From positions 64,001 to 128,000 of the forward strand of contig JBDRCO010000068.1 in assembly GCA_043821645.1 (NCBI GenBank): a stretch of DNA of 64,000 nucleotides, read 5' to 3'. The translations under genes and the position numbers were made by a program. Under the pieces are notes generated by a model. That model did not search any database and was not told the DNA's origin. It worked only from the letters and a program-made list of their open reading frames with translations. The stretch is from Pseudomonadota bacterium. Lineage in GTDB: Bacteria; Myxococcota; JACRCW01; JAFGSX01. Each line of letters begins with the position of its first letter. Positions within the stretch are counted from its first letter, which is position 1. Shown one piece after another: positions 30,231 through 40,277 of this stretch.

Positions 30231-31922
30231 ATGACCTCGGCGGAGCACGCGCGAAGCAGGACAAGGTCCCCTCGACGGGTGCTGGACTCCATCGGCTTCC
30301 GCCTGGGGCTGTTCATCGTCGGCACCATCGTGCTGGGCTTCGGGGTCTTTGCCTACGTCTACCTGACCACCACCGCGGACTACGGCCGCAGCTCGGTCAC
30401 CGACGACGCGCGCAAGATCCTCGAGATCATCGAGCGCTCGACCCACTGGGCCATGTTGCACAACCAGAAGGAAGACGTTTCCGAGATCGTCCGCAACGTC
30501 GGCGAGCAGCCCGACGTGGTGGGGGTCCGTATCTTCGACAAGAACGGCCGCATCGTGTTCTCGGATCGGGAGTCCGAGATCGGCCACAAGGTCGAGTTGC
30601 ACGGCGAGGCCTGCGTCAGCTGCCACATCTCCACCACCGAGGTCATCACCCCGGACACCGACAAGCGCGTGCGCATCTTCACCGCCCGCAACGGGCAGCG
30701 TGTGCTGGGCATGACCAATGCCATCGACAACAAACCCGAGTGCTCCAACGCAGACTGCCACGCACATCCACCGGACAAGACCACCCTGGGCGTGCTGGAC
30801 GTGCGGGTGTCCCTGGCCCGGGCCGACGCCCGCAGGCACGAGGTCGAGCGCCAGGTCGTGGTGGCGGCGGTATCCCTGGCATTGCTGGCGGCGCTGGTGG
30901 TGGGCAGCTTCGTGCAGGTCATGGTGCGCCGGCCGGTGCGGCGGCTGATCGAGGGAACCGAGCTGGTGGCCAGGGGCGACCTCGACGTGCAACTGCACGA
31001 CGCCAACCGCAACGAGCTGGGTCAGCTGTCGCGAGCCTTCGACAGCATGACCCGGGACCTGCGCGAGGCGCGTGACCAGCTGGCCGAGGCGCGCGAGGCG
31101 ATCGAGAGCCGCCTCGACGAGAAGACCGACGAGCTGAGTCGAACCCAGCGCCAGGTCGTGCACATGGAAAAGATGGCCTCGCTGGGCAAGCTGTCGGCCA
31201 CGGTGGCTCACGAGCTGAACAACCCCCTGGCCGGCATCCTCAATTACGCCAAGCTGGTGAATCGCTACCTGGCCGAGCTGGATAGCTGGGCCGATCGGGA
31301 CGAGGTCGCGCGCTGCGTCAAGATGATTGGCGAGGAGGCCTCGCGCTGCGGCGACATCGTGCGCAACCTGCTGGTGTTCGCGCGGCGCACCGGATCCAGC
31401 ATGACCGAGGCCCATCTGCACGAGGTGTCGGAGCGCGCGCTGATGCTGGTCCGGCACCAGATGCAGATCGCCAGCGTGGCCCTGGAGGAGAAGCTCGGAG
31501 CCAGCGACGACGCCCTGGTGTGCGACGTGGGCCAGCTGCAGCAGGCGCTGGTGGCCTTGCTGATCAATGCCATCCAGGCCATGGCCCAGGGCGGATCCCT
31601 GAAGCTCGCCACCCGCGACGCCGGGGATAGCATCTGTATCGAGATTTGCGACAGTGGTCCCGGCATTCCCGACGACGTGTTGCCGCACATCTTCGAGCCC
31701 TTTTATTCGACCAAGCTGGACGGCCAGGGTGTGGGCCTGGGGCTGGCCGTGGTCTATGGCATCGTGCAGCGCCACGGCGGTGAGATTCGCGTCGACACCA
31801 CGCTGGGCACGGGCACCTGCTTCGAGATCACCTTGCCGCGACATCCCACCCGGGCCCAGATGGAAAGCTCCGCGCCCCCCGTGGTCGGCGCGCTGGAGCG
31901 AGAGACCGAGGTCAAGCCATGA
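30231..31922 (+). CDS. Sensor histidine kinase (periplasmic heme-c motifs, HAMP, HisKA, HATPase)
   Basis: Two TM helices; periplasmic CVSCH and CSNADCH; AHELNNPL; DSGPGI, FEPFYSTK, GLGL. Confidence 0.95.
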   Translation: MTSAEHARSRTRSPRRVLDSIGFRLGLFIVGTIVLGFGVFAYVYLTTTADYGRSSVTDDARKILEIIERSTHWAMLHNQKEDVSEIVRNVGEQPDVVGVRIFDKNGRIVFSDRESEIGHKVELHGEACVSCHISTTEVITPDTDKRVRIFTARNGQRVLGMTNAIDNKPECSNADCHAHPPDKTTLGVLDVRVSLARADARRHEVERQVVVAAVSLALLAALVVGSFVQVMVRRPVRRLIEGTELVARGDLDVQLHDANRNELGQLSRAFDSMTRDLREARDQLAEAREAIESRLDEKTDELSRTQRQVVHMEKMASLGKLSATVAHELNNPLAGILNYAKLVNRYLAELDSWADRDEVARCVKMIGEEASRCGDIVRNLLVFARRTGSSMTEAHLHEVSERALMLVRHQMQIASVALEEKLGASDDALVCDVGQLQQALVALLINAIQAMAQGGSLKLATRDAGDSICIEICDSGPGIPDDVLPHIFEPFYSTKLDGQGVGLGLAVVYGIVQRHGGEIRVDTTLGTGTCFEITLPRHPTRAQMESSAPPVVGALERETEVKP

Positions 31923-33262
31923 AACCCGAAGATCTGGGCCTGCTGATCGTCGACGACGAGTTCTCGGTGCGGGACTCGTTGCAGGCATGGTTCCGCAAGG
32001 ATGGCTACCGCACCGGCATCGCCGAGAATGCCAGCGAGGCGCTGACCAGGTTGCGCGACGAGCACTGGGATGTCGTGCTGCTGGACATCAAGATGCCGGG
32101 CATGGACGGCATCGAGCTGCTGGGGCGGATCCGCAGCATCGATCCCGAGCTGACCGTGATCATGATCACGGCCTTTGCGGCGGTGGACACGGCGGTGCAG
32201 GCACTCAAGATGGGCGCCTTTGACTACGTGACCAAGCCCATCGATCCCGACGAGCTCAGCCACCTGGTACGGCGAGCCGCCGAGCAGCGTTCCCTCAAGA
32301 GCGACAACGCCCGGCTGCGCAGCCATGTCGACAAGCTGATCACACCCCAGGAGATCGTGGGCGACAGCGAGGGCATGCGCAAGGTCATGGAGATGGTGCG
32401 CTCGGTGGCCGAGACCGAGGCCACGGTGCTGATCCGCGGCGAGAGCGGCACCGGCAAGGAGCTCATCGCCCAGGCCATTCACGCCAACAGCGCACGGCGC
32501 TACTTCCCCATCGTGCCCGTCAACTGCGGTGCCCTGGCCGACGGGCTGCTGGAGAGCGAGCTGTTTGGGCATGAGAAGGGGGCCTTCACCGGAGCCCAGT
32601 ACCGGCGCAAGGGCAAGTTCGAGATGGCCGACGGGGGCACGCTGTTTCTCGACGAGATAGGCACCGTGCAGCCACGAACCCAGGTCGAGCTGCTGCGGGT
32701 GCTGGAGACCCGGGAGCTGACGCGGGTCGGTGGCACAAAGCCGCTGCGGGTGGACCTGAGGTTGATCTGCGCCACCAACCACAATCTCGAGCAGATGGTC
32801 GAGCAGGGTCAATTTCGCGAGGACCTGTACTTTCGCATCAACGTGGTCAGCATCGTCATCCCGCCCCTGCGCGAGAGGCGCCAGGACATCCCGCTGCTGG
32901 CCCAGCACTTTTTGCGCCACTACAACCTGGCCATGAATCGCGGCTTTCAGCAGATCGATCCTGCGGCCATGGACGCCCTGGTGCAGTACGACTGGCCAGG
33001 CAACGTGCGCGAGCTGGCCAACGCCATCGAGCGGGCTCTGGTGGTCGGCCGGGCCCCCGCGGTGCGCATCGAGGACCTGCCCTTGAAGCTGGGCGAGGAC
33101 CCCAGACCGCCCACCGGCGACTCCCTGGCCGAGGTCGAGCAGGCCCACATCGCCCAGGTTCTCGAGCGCCTGGACTGGAACATCAGTCGCGCCGCCGAGG
33201 CCCTCAAGATCGACCGCGCCACCCTGTACAACAAGATCAAGAAGTACGGGCTTCGCGATTAA
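31919..33262 (+). CDS. sigma54-dependent response regulator (NtrC/AtoC type)
   Basis: Receiver domain (VDDE, LLDIKMP), [22 protein letters not shown], Fis-type HTH. Confidence 0.97.
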   Translation: MKPEDLGLLIVDDEFSVRDSLQAWFRKDGYRTGIAENASEALTRLRDEHWDVVLLDIKMPGMDGIELLGRIRSIDPELTVIMITAFAAVDTAVQALKMGAFDYVTKPIDPDELSHLVRRAAEQRSLKSDNARLRSHVDKLITPQEIVGDSEGMRKVMEMVRSVAETEATVLIRGESGTGKELIAQAIHANSARRYFPIVPVNCGALADGLLESELFGHEKGAFTGAQYRRKGKFEMADGGTLFLDEIGTVQPRTQVELLRVLETRELTRVGGTKPLRVDLRLICATNHNLEQMVEQGQFREDLYFRINVVSIVIPPLRERRQDIPLLAQHFLRHYNLAMNRGFQQIDPAAMDALVQYDWPGNVRELANAIERALVVGRAPAVRIEDLPLKLGEDPRPPTGDSLAEVEQAHIAQVLERLDWNISRAAEALKIDRATLYNKIKKYGLRD

Positions 33263-33265
33263 GAC

Positions 33266-33796
33266 ATGCAGCTGCAGCTGGTCCCCGTTCATTTCCTGTC
33301 GCTCCCGGGTCGCCTGCAGCGGGTGACCCACCAGCTCGAAGCTGTGTATGGCCTGCAAGTCGAGCAGGTCGCACCCTGGTTCGATCCCGAGGCGGTCTAC
33401 GATCCCGAGCGGGGTCAGTACAACGCCCTGGGTCTGCTGAGCGTGCTGCTGCAGCGGCAGGGCACGCATCCCGGGCGCGTGCTGGCCGTCACCGCGGTGG
33501 ACCTGTTCATCCCGGTGCTGACCTATGTCTTCGGAGAAGCACAGCTCGACGGGCCCGCGGCGGTGGTATCGAGCCGGCGCCTGGATCCACAGGCCTATGG
33601 CCTGGCCGCCGACGAGGCCCTGCTCCAGCGCCGACTGGAGGTCGAGGCCGTGCACGAGATCGGTCACACCTTTGGGCTGCGACACTGCTTTGGCCCGCGC
33701 TGCGCCATGCGCGGCGCGACCTACGCCGAGGAGATCGACCTCAAGGATGCGACGCTGTGCAGCGAGTGCCGCCAGCAGCTGGCAGGTCGGCCCTGA
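33266..33796 (+). CDS. Archaemetzincin (peptidase M54)
   Basis: HEIGHTFGLRHC-x4-CAM...CSEC; RGQYNA; YVFGEA. Confidence 0.92.
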   Translation: MQLQLVPVHFLSLPGRLQRVTHQLEAVYGLQVEQVAPWFDPEAVYDPERGQYNALGLLSVLLQRQGTHPGRVLAVTAVDLFIPVLTYVFGEAQLDGPAAVVSSRRLDPQAYGLAADEALLQRRLEVEAVHEIGHTFGLRHCFGPRCAMRGATYAEEIDLKDATLCSECRQQLAGRP

Positions 33797-33811
33797 TCAC
33801 TGGCCAGGGCA

Positions 33812-35206
33812 TCAGGTCGGCGCAGCGTGTTCGTCGAGCAAACACTGACCCACTGCAGCACCCAGCGGTGGCAAGCCGTCCGCCACGCGGGCCACGTCGC
33901 GCGAGATCCGCATCGAACAGAACTTGGGCCCGCACATCGAGCAGAACTCGGCGGTCTTGAAGGCGCTGTGAGCCAGGGTGCGATCGTGCATGGCGCGCGC
34001 GCGCTCGGGATCGAAGCTCATGGCGAACTGGGTGTCCCAGTCAAAGCCGTAGCGTGCACGGCTCATGGTGTCGTCGCGGTCCCGGGCGCCTGGCCTGTGC
34101 CTGGCCACGTCGGCAGCGTGGGCCGCGATCTTGTGGGCGACGATTCCCTGCCGTACATCCTCGAGGTCGGGCAACCCGAGATGCTCGCGCGGCGTCACGT
34201 AGCAGAGCATGGCGGCGCCATGCATACCGGCCAGGGCGCCACCGATGGCACTGGTGATGTGGTCGTAGCCGGCGCCCACGTCGGTGGGCAGGGGACCGAG
34301 CAGGTAAAACGGTGCGCCGTGGCACAGCTCGACCTGCATGCGCACGTTGCGTTCGATCTGATCCAGGGGCACATGGCCGGGCCCCTCGATCATGACCTGT
34401 ACGTCCTTGTCCCAGGCGCGCAAGGTGAGCTCGCCCAGGGTGCGCAGCTCGGCAAACTGCGCGGCGTCGCTGGCGTCGGCCAGGGAGCCCGGACGCAGAC
34501 CGTCGCCCAGGGACAGCGCCACGTCGTGACGGCGGCAGATCTCGAGCAATTCGTCGAAGTGCGCGTACAGCGGGTTCTCCTGGCGGTGGGTCATCATCCA
34601 CTGCGCCATCAGCGACCCGCCACGGCTGACGATACCGGTCAGGCGGTCCTTCACCAGGGGCATGTGCTGCCACAGGATGCCGCAGTGCACGGTCATGTAA
34701 TCGACGCCCTGGGCAGCCTGGGCCTCGATGACCTCGAGCAGCAGCTCGGCGCTGAGGTCCATGGGGTCCTCGACCCGCTCGATGGCCTCGTAGATCGGCA
34801 CCGTGCCAATGGGCACGCTCGACGCACGCAGGATGGCCTCGCGGATCTCGGGGATGCCGGGGCCCGTCGACAGGTCCATCACGGTGTCGGCACCGTACTG
34901 AACCGCGACCTGGAGTTTCTTCACTTCCTCGTCGAGCGAACTGGATACCCGCGACGAGCCGATGTTCGCATTGACCTTGCAGTGCGTGGCCACGCCGATA
35001 CCAATGGGCTCGCACTCGGGGTGGTTGACGTTGGCAGGGATGATCAGGCGGCCACGTGCCACCTCGTCGCGCACCAGGGTGGGGACGAGACCCTCGCGCC
35101 CGGCCACCAGCGCCATCTCCTCGGTGATCAGTCCCTGCCGGGCATAATGCATCTGGGTGCGCACGGCATGATCTCGACGGGGAGCAATCCAGGCAGCACG
35201 GGACAT
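33812..35206 (-). CDS. thiC: Phosphomethylpyrimidine synthase ThiC
   Basis: [46 protein letters not shown] before ATG 35206. Confidence 0.97.
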   Translation of the reverse strand: MSRAAWIAPRRDHAVRTQMHYARQGLITEEMALVAGREGLVPTLVRDEVARGRLIIPANVNHPECEPIGIGVATHCKVNANIGSSRVSSSLDEEVKKLQVAVQYGADTVMDLSTGPGIPEIREAILRASSVPIGTVPIYEAIERVEDPMDLSAELLLEVIEAQAAQGVDYMTVHCGILWQHMPLVKDRLTGIVSRGGSLMAQWMMTHRQENPLYAHFDELLEICRRHDVALSLGDGLRPGSLADASDAAQFAELRTLGELTLRAWDKDVQVMIEGPGHVPLDQIERNVRMQVELCHGAPFYLLGPLPTDVGAGYDHITSAIGGALAGMHGAAMLCYVTPREHLGLPDLEDVRQGIVAHKIAAHAADVARHRPGARDRDDTMSRARYGFDWDTQFAMSFDPERARAMHDRTLAHSAFKTAEFCSMCGPKFCSMRISRDVARVADGLPPLGAAVGQCLLDEHAAPT

Positions 35207-35376
35207 CGCGAACTCCTTGGACAAAGAGGGGCGCATCATAGCGCCCGAGGCTCCGTCGTCAACGCGCGCAGGGTGCGGGTGCGGTCTCTTTTTGAGCACC
35301 GGCCACCCCGAGGACAGGTGCGCGGCTTTAGGCGGGTGCTATCCTGGGGTCACCGTGCCGTGCAGGAGGCCCGCGG

Positions 35377-36297
35377 GTGGCTGACAGGGGAGCACCACAC
35401 ACGCTAGGGACGCAGGCCCTGCTCTGGGCGCTGCTGCTCACGGGCGGCTGCGTCGGCTGTGACCCCGAGCAAGCGCTGCTGCTCGTCAGCGCCGGGGCCC
35501 ACCACTCCTGCGCCATCGGCCCGTCGCAGGCCATCACCTGCTGGGGCGACGAGGGCATCGACGACAGCCTGGCCGCTCCCCAGGGTTCGTTCCTTGCGCT
35601 CGCTGCCGGCGCCAAGCACAGCTGCGCCCTCGACCTCGAGCATGCGATCCATTGCTGGGGCAGTGACGACAAGGGTCAATCCACGCCCCCGGTGTCGTCC
35701 TATGACGACGTGTTTGCCGGCGCGCGTTTCACCTGCGGACTGGCAAGCGACGGCCGCGCCTCGTGCTGGGGCGAGGATCGCGATGGCGTACTGGATCCAC
35801 CCTCCGAACCGCTGGTTCGCGGATCCGCTGGCGAGACCCACGCCTGTGCCATTCGTCAGAGCGATGCGTCCCTGGTGTGCTGGGGCAGCAATCGTTACGG
35901 CGAGAGCAGCCCCCCCGCCGGGCGCTTCCTCGACGTGGCGGTGGGGGCTTTTCACGGCTGCGGCCTGCGCGAGGACCGCATCCTCGTGTGCTGGGGCGCC
36001 AATTTTCACGACCAGGCGACGCCACCCACTGGCCGCTACGTGCAGGTCGTGGCCGGGCACTCCCACGGTTGTGCCCGGGACGAGCAGGGGCAGGTCGCGT
36101 GCTGGGGCTGGAGCCAGTATGACCAGTCCCGGGATCCGGGCGAGACCTTCACGCAGCTCGCCGCCGGGAGCAATCACAACTGCGGCTGGACAGACGACCG
36201 CAGGGTGCTGTGCTGGGGAGCGGGCGAGATCTACGGCTTTTGCGACGACACGCGCTGGGAATGCGGGCAGGCGCTGCCCCCCGACGAGGTCCCGTGA
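35377..36297 (+). CDS. RCC1-like repeat exported protein/lipoprotein (start uncertain)
   Basis: About seven repeats of AGxxHxCxL....I.CWG. Confidence 0.85.
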   Translation: MADRGAPHTLGTQALLWALLLTGGCVGCDPEQALLLVSAGAHHSCAIGPSQAITCWGDEGIDDSLAAPQGSFLALAAGAKHSCALDLEHAIHCWGSDDKGQSTPPVSSYDDVFAGARFTCGLASDGRASCWGEDRDGVLDPPSEPLVRGSAGETHACAIRQSDASLVCWGSNRYGESSPPAGRFLDVAVGAFHGCGLREDRILVCWGANFHDQATPPTGRYVQVVAGHSHGCARDEQGQVACWGWSQYDQSRDPGETFTQLAAGSNHNCGWTDDRRVLCWGAGEIYGFCDDTRWECGQALPPDEVP

Positions 36298-36410
36298 GCG
36301 AACCGTGCATCCCTCCACCAGCGGCGACTCGGGCTTGCCTTCACCCTCAGAACCGGGCACAAAGCAGCGTGGATACCATGACGACCGCGGGGAGCGGGTG
36401 AGGGGGTGAG

Positions 36411-37103
36411 ATGAACCAAGAACACCTGGAATTGCTACGCAAGGTGTCGTTCCTGAATCAGCTCGGCACCGAGGAGCTGGACCGACTGGCCTCGCGCCTG
36501 GTCGAGCGCACCTTCCGCCGCGACGTGGTGGTTGTGCGGGCGGACGATCCGGGCGACAGCATGTTCTTCATCGCCGGCGGCCAGGCCAAGGTGGTGCTGA
36601 CCGCGGGCGGCGGCCGAGAGGTCATCCTGGCCACCCTGGGTGCTGGCGACTTCTTTGGCGAGATGAGCATCCTCGACGGACGGCCGCGCTCTGCCACGGT
36701 GCTTTCCATCACCGAGAGCCGCATGCTCGTGCTCACCCGCGAGGCAATGATCGACCTCATACGCAACACGCCCGAGATCGCACTGGCCCTGCTGGCCGAG
36801 ATGAGTGCCCGGTTGCGCCGGGCCGACGAGGCCATCGCCAACCTGGCCCTGGTCGACGTGTATGGCCGCGTGGCGCGCTACCTGATCGACGAGGCCAAGC
36901 GCAGCGGCCGCCCGGTGGAGAGCGGGACCTTGCTGCGCAGCCGTCCCACCCAGCAGCACATCGCCAGCACCATCGGCACCAGCCGCGAGACCGTGAGCCG
37001 CGCCCTGAGCGATCTCAAGCGCCGCGGTCTCGTCGTCACCCGCGGGCGCGACATCATCGTGATGCCCAGCCTCTACGATCAGGTCCCTGCCGCGGGCGCG
37101 TAG
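36411..37103 (+). CDS. Crp/Fnr family transcriptional regulator
   Basis: FFGEMS..GRPRSAT cNMP pocket; IGTSRETVSR HTH. Confidence 0.95.
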   Translation: MNQEHLELLRKVSFLNQLGTEELDRLASRLVERTFRRDVVVVRADDPGDSMFFIAGGQAKVVLTAGGGREVILATLGAGDFFGEMSILDGRPRSATVLSITESRMLVLTREAMIDLIRNTPEIALALLAEMSARLRRADEAIANLALVDVYGRVARYLIDEAKRSGRPVESGTLLRSRPTQQHIASTIGTSRETVSRALSDLKRRGLVVTRGRDIIVMPSLYDQVPAAGA

Positions 37104-37115
37104 CCCACACCTTTC

Positions 37116-38315
37116 ATGAGTTCCCAGGACGATCCCTCGACTCTCGATGGCCCGCTCATCGCGGATCGCTATCGTCTGGGCCGGCTGCTGGGCGAGGGCG
37201 GCCAGGGCAGCACCTTTTTGGGCTTCGACCGCAAGCAGAACTGCGAGGTTGCGATCAAGGCCTTCGCCATGGGCCGCGCGGCCGCCTGGAAGCAGTTCGA
37301 CCTGTTTGAGCGCGAGTGCAAGGTGCTGCGCAACCTCGAACATCCGCGCATTCCCCGCTACTTCGACGAGCTGCGTTCCGAGGATGGGGCAACCTATTAC
37401 CTGGTCATGCAGCACATCCCCGGCGAGAGCCTGCGCGTGAGGCTGCGCCGCGATGGTGCGCTGTCCGAGGCCGAGCTGTGGCAGGTGCTGTGGCAGCTCA
37501 GCGACGTGCTGGCCTACCTGCACGGCCGCTCGCCGCCGGTGGTACACCGCGACATCAAGCCCCACAACCTGGTGCGCCGGCCCGATGGCGAGATCGCTCT
37601 GGTCGACTTCGGTGGCGTGCGTACGGCGCTGCGCAGCGACGGCAACTCGACGGTGGTGGGCACCTTTGGCTACATGGCACCCGAGCAATTACACGGTGCC
37701 GCGACCCCGGCCACGGACATGTACGGCCTCGGCGCCACCCTGATCGCGCTGGGCACGGCGATGGAGCCCGAGCACCTGCCGCGCCAGGGCCTGCGCATCG
37801 ATTTCAGCGAGCACCTGAGCGTGTCACCCAAGTTGCAGCGGGTGCTGCGCCGCCTCGTCGAGCCGGAGCCTGCCGCCCGGCCCGCGTCGGGGGTGGCCCT
37901 GCAGCAGCTGCTCGAAACAGGTCTGGATGAGGTCGAGGAGGTCCAGGTTGCCGCGGTCCCGGCGGATACCTCGGGGATCCCGAGCTTGCCCGAGGACATC
38001 CCGCCGCAGGTCGGGGTCGTGGTCGGCGTGCTGCTGACCGCCGGCGGCGTGCTCGGTGGCGTCCTCGTGTCCCTGCTCGATCTCATCTTCGTACCGCTGG
38101 TGTTCGCCCTGATCGCCATCTTCGCGGGCAAGGACCGCAAACCCATGCTCACCGAGCAACAGCACAAGGTGCGCGGTGCGCTGGGTGAAGCCGGCCAGGG
38201 CTTGCGCCAGCTCACCTCGCGCGGCGTGCAGGACTTCAGGAAGCAGCGGGCGCTGCTCCCCGAGCATAGACCGGGGCGGCGAGGGCGAGGCCGAGGGCGG
38301 TTCAAGGGACGCTAG
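37116..38315 (+). CDS. Ser/Thr protein kinase with C-terminal TM hairpin
   Basis: LGEGGQG, VAIK, HRDIKPHN, DFG, GTFGYMAPEQ. Confidence 0.95.
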   Translation: MSSQDDPSTLDGPLIADRYRLGRLLGEGGQGSTFLGFDRKQNCEVAIKAFAMGRAAAWKQFDLFERECKVLRNLEHPRIPRYFDELRSEDGATYYLVMQHIPGESLRVRLRRDGALSEAELWQVLWQLSDVLAYLHGRSPPVVHRDIKPHNLVRRPDGEIALVDFGGVRTALRSDGNSTVVGTFGYMAPEQLHGAATPATDMYGLGATLIALGTAMEPEHLPRQGLRIDFSEHLSVSPKLQRVLRRLVEPEPAARPASGVALQQLLETGLDEVEEVQVAAVPADTSGIPSLPEDIPPQVGVVVGVLLTAGGVLGGVLVSLLDLIFVPLVFALIAIFAGKDRKPMLTEQQHKVRGALGEAGQGLRQLTSRGVQDFRKQRALLPEHRPGRRGRGRGRFKGR

Positions 38316-38324
38316 CGCCGGGTC

Positions 38325-39275
38325 CTATTTTTTTTCGGGTTGCAGGGCCTTCTCGACCGCGCGCAGCCCCTCGCGCAAGCCCTTCTCGATCATGTGCAGC
38401 AGGTCGCGCACGAAGTGCTCCCAGTCCGAGATGTCTGCCTCGGGTCTGTAGCCCTGAGCGGGCTCGGGGGCACTGCCTGCGGCCACGCGAGTGAGCTGGT
38501 TGGCGCGAACCTTGACGCCGGTGTTGTGACCCACGCCGCGCACCGCCACCTCGCCGCGCATCACCCTGACCTCGGTGACGTTGGCCCTGTTTTCCACCAC
38601 GAAGGAGGTCCCCAGAACGTCGGCAATGCCGTGCCGGGTGCGGATCTGAAACGGACCGCGCTGGGCTTCCACCTCGGCCCAGACCTTGCCCCGCTGGAGT
38701 TCCACCCGCTCGCCCCGGGCAGAAAGGACCAGCGCGCTATCCGGGTAGACGCGCAGGGTCCCGCCACGCTCCAGCGTCACCTCGGCCACTCCCTCCCGGG
38801 CCACGGTGAGCACCTGGCCTGAGAGGATCACTGCATCCGCAGTCACCGGGGCGCCTTGCACCCTGGCCTTGACCGCTCGCACGATGGTCGCAGCTTTGAC
38901 CGCGGGTGTCGGTGCCGGCGCATGACCGGGCCCCTGCAGCACAAGGATCCCCACCGCCACGGCCAGGGCCACGGCAAGGGTCGCGCCCGCCAGGCGCCGC
39001 GGCTGCGCCAGCCAGCTGATCCAGCGCTCGGCAGCGGGTCGCCGCTCCGGCACACGCTCGACGCCAATGCTGCGCAGGGCCTGCTTGAGCATGCGCCTGT
39101 CCTCGACCCGGGTCGCCTGTTCGCTGTCACCGGCCAGAGCGCGGAGCAGACGCTGCTCGGCGTCGTAGAAGTCCCTGCACTCCGCGCAGGATCGCAGGTG
39201 CTGGCGGACCCGCGCCTGTTCCTCGCTGGCGAGCCCCTCGTCGAGGTAGCGCCGGATGTCTGCTCTAGGATGCAC
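38325..39275 (-). CDS. Zinc-finger (HxxxCxxC) anti-sigma factor with FecR domain
   Basis: HLRSCAEC, single TM helix, VLGTSF FecR motif; overlaps the end of the ECF sigma gene. Confidence 0.88.
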   Translation of the reverse strand: MHPRADIRRYLDEGLASEEQARVRQHLRSCAECRDFYDAEQRLLRALAGDSEQATRVEDRRMLKQALRSIGVERVPERRPAAERWISWLAQPRRLAGATLAVALAVAVGILVLQGPGHAPAPTPAVKAATIVRAVKARVQGAPVTADAVILSGQVLTVAREGVAEVTLERGGTLRVYPDSALVLSARGERVELQRGKVWAEVEAQRGPFQIRTRHGIADVLGTSFVVENRANVTEVRVMRGEVAVRGVGHNTGVKVRANQLTRVAAGSAPEPAQGYRPEADISDWEHFVRDLLHMIEKGLREGLRAVEKALQPEKK

Positions 39276-39861
39276 GGTCCCCCTCCGACTCTGCGCCCCG
39301 CCCCAGCGCTTCGAGCAAGGCCCGATGCCGCCGGGCGCGCCCGATCAGGACGCGCTTCATGTAGCGACACCGCAGGCGGCTGATGCTCAGCCGGCTCGCG
39401 ATCTCCTCGTAGTCCAGTCCCTCGACGAAGTGCAGGGTGAAGAAACGCTGCCACTGCGGCTTGAGTCTGCTGGTGAACTCCTGCACCGCGCTCAGCAGCT
39501 GGGTCTGTTCGGCAAGGTGCTCCGGGGAGGGCTCGAGCTGCTCGGCCCGGTCCCGCAGCGCGACCTCGTCGATCTGGTCCACCGGGATGTCCCGCCTGCG
39601 CCGCAGCAGGTCGATGCAACGACGGTGGGCGATGGTCCGCAACCAGCCCCCGGTCTTGTCATAGCGATCCGGGTCCAGGGTCAGGCGCTGCTCGTACACA
39701 CGCAGCCAGATCTCCTGCAGCGCTTCCTCCTGGTCGAACAGGTTGTTGAAGTAGCGTGCCACCACCGCGCGTACCCGACCGCCCTCCGCCTGCACGAGCT
39801 GGGCAAAGGCGCTTGCGTCGCCTTGCCTGAAGTCATCGAGCAGATTCGACTGGAGCGTCAC
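39265..39861 (-). CDS. ECF sigma factor
   Basis: GDASAFAQLV, EEALQEIWL, WLRTIAHRRCID, EGLDYEEIA. Confidence 0.92.
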   Translation of the reverse strand: MTLQSNLLDDFRQGDASAFAQLVQAEGGRVRAVVARYFNNLFDQEEALQEIWLRVYEQRLTLDPDRYDKTGGWLRTIAHRRCIDLLRRRRDIPVDQIDEVALRDRAEQLEPSPEHLAEQTQLLSAVQEFTSRLKPQWQRFFTLHFVEGLDYEEIASRLSISRLRCRYMKRVLIGRARRHRALLEALGRGAESEGDRAS

Positions 39862-39875
39862 CTTTCACCTGTCAC

Positions 39876-39949
39876 TACGCGTCGAGTCCACCGCGACGAC
39901 AAAAAAATCTTGTTTCGAATCTTTGTCCCGAGATCGCGCGCGAGCCGTA
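39876..39949. promoter_or_regulatory. Back-to-back putative ECF promoters TTTGTC-N18-CGTA
   Basis: Minus copy 39876-39903 and plus copy 39922-39949 share both elements and the spacing. Confidence 0.6.
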
Positions 39950-39976
39950 TGTCCTCCTAGAAGCAGGAGGTGTGAC

Positions 39977-40276
39977 ATGTTCCCTCGGCCACGGGTGCTG
40001 TGCAACGGAGAGGAGCAGCGACCTTGTCCGGGGGACAGGCTGGAGTTCGATCCTGTTTCCGGAACCCTGCGCTACTCGCGGCGCCGTCAGGCCCTGCAGC
40101 TGGTCGTCGACAGGGCCGGATCCGATGGGGAGTGCACCCTGGTCGGGGATACCTTCAGCGCCATTCAGGCCGAGGCCATGGCCTTTTTCCTGGCCCGACT
40201 CGGGAACCTGGACGGTGTCCTGCTCAGAGCTGTGGCCACGGACAGTCCCCGGGTGTCTTTTACTATGGTGAGGTGA
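39977..40276 (+). CDS. Hypothetical protein (99 aa)
   Basis: AGGAGG RBS; stop codon 1 nt before the next ATG. Confidence 0.65.
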   Translation: MFPRPRVLCNGEEQRPCPGDRLEFDPVSGTLRYSRRRQALQLVVDRAGSDGECTLVGDTFSAIQAEAMAFFLARLGNLDGVLLRAVATDSPRVSFTMVR

Positions 40277-40277
40277 A

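Noticed and set aside
24369-33811. Mobile element or prophage origin for the redox block
   Set aside because: No integrase, transposase, att-like repeats or compositional shift in the coding regions; the AT-rich patches are explained by promoters.
35207-35400. TPP riboswitch expected upstream of thiC
   Set aside because: No CTGAGA core on the minus strand; the leader is short and shared with a divergent gene.
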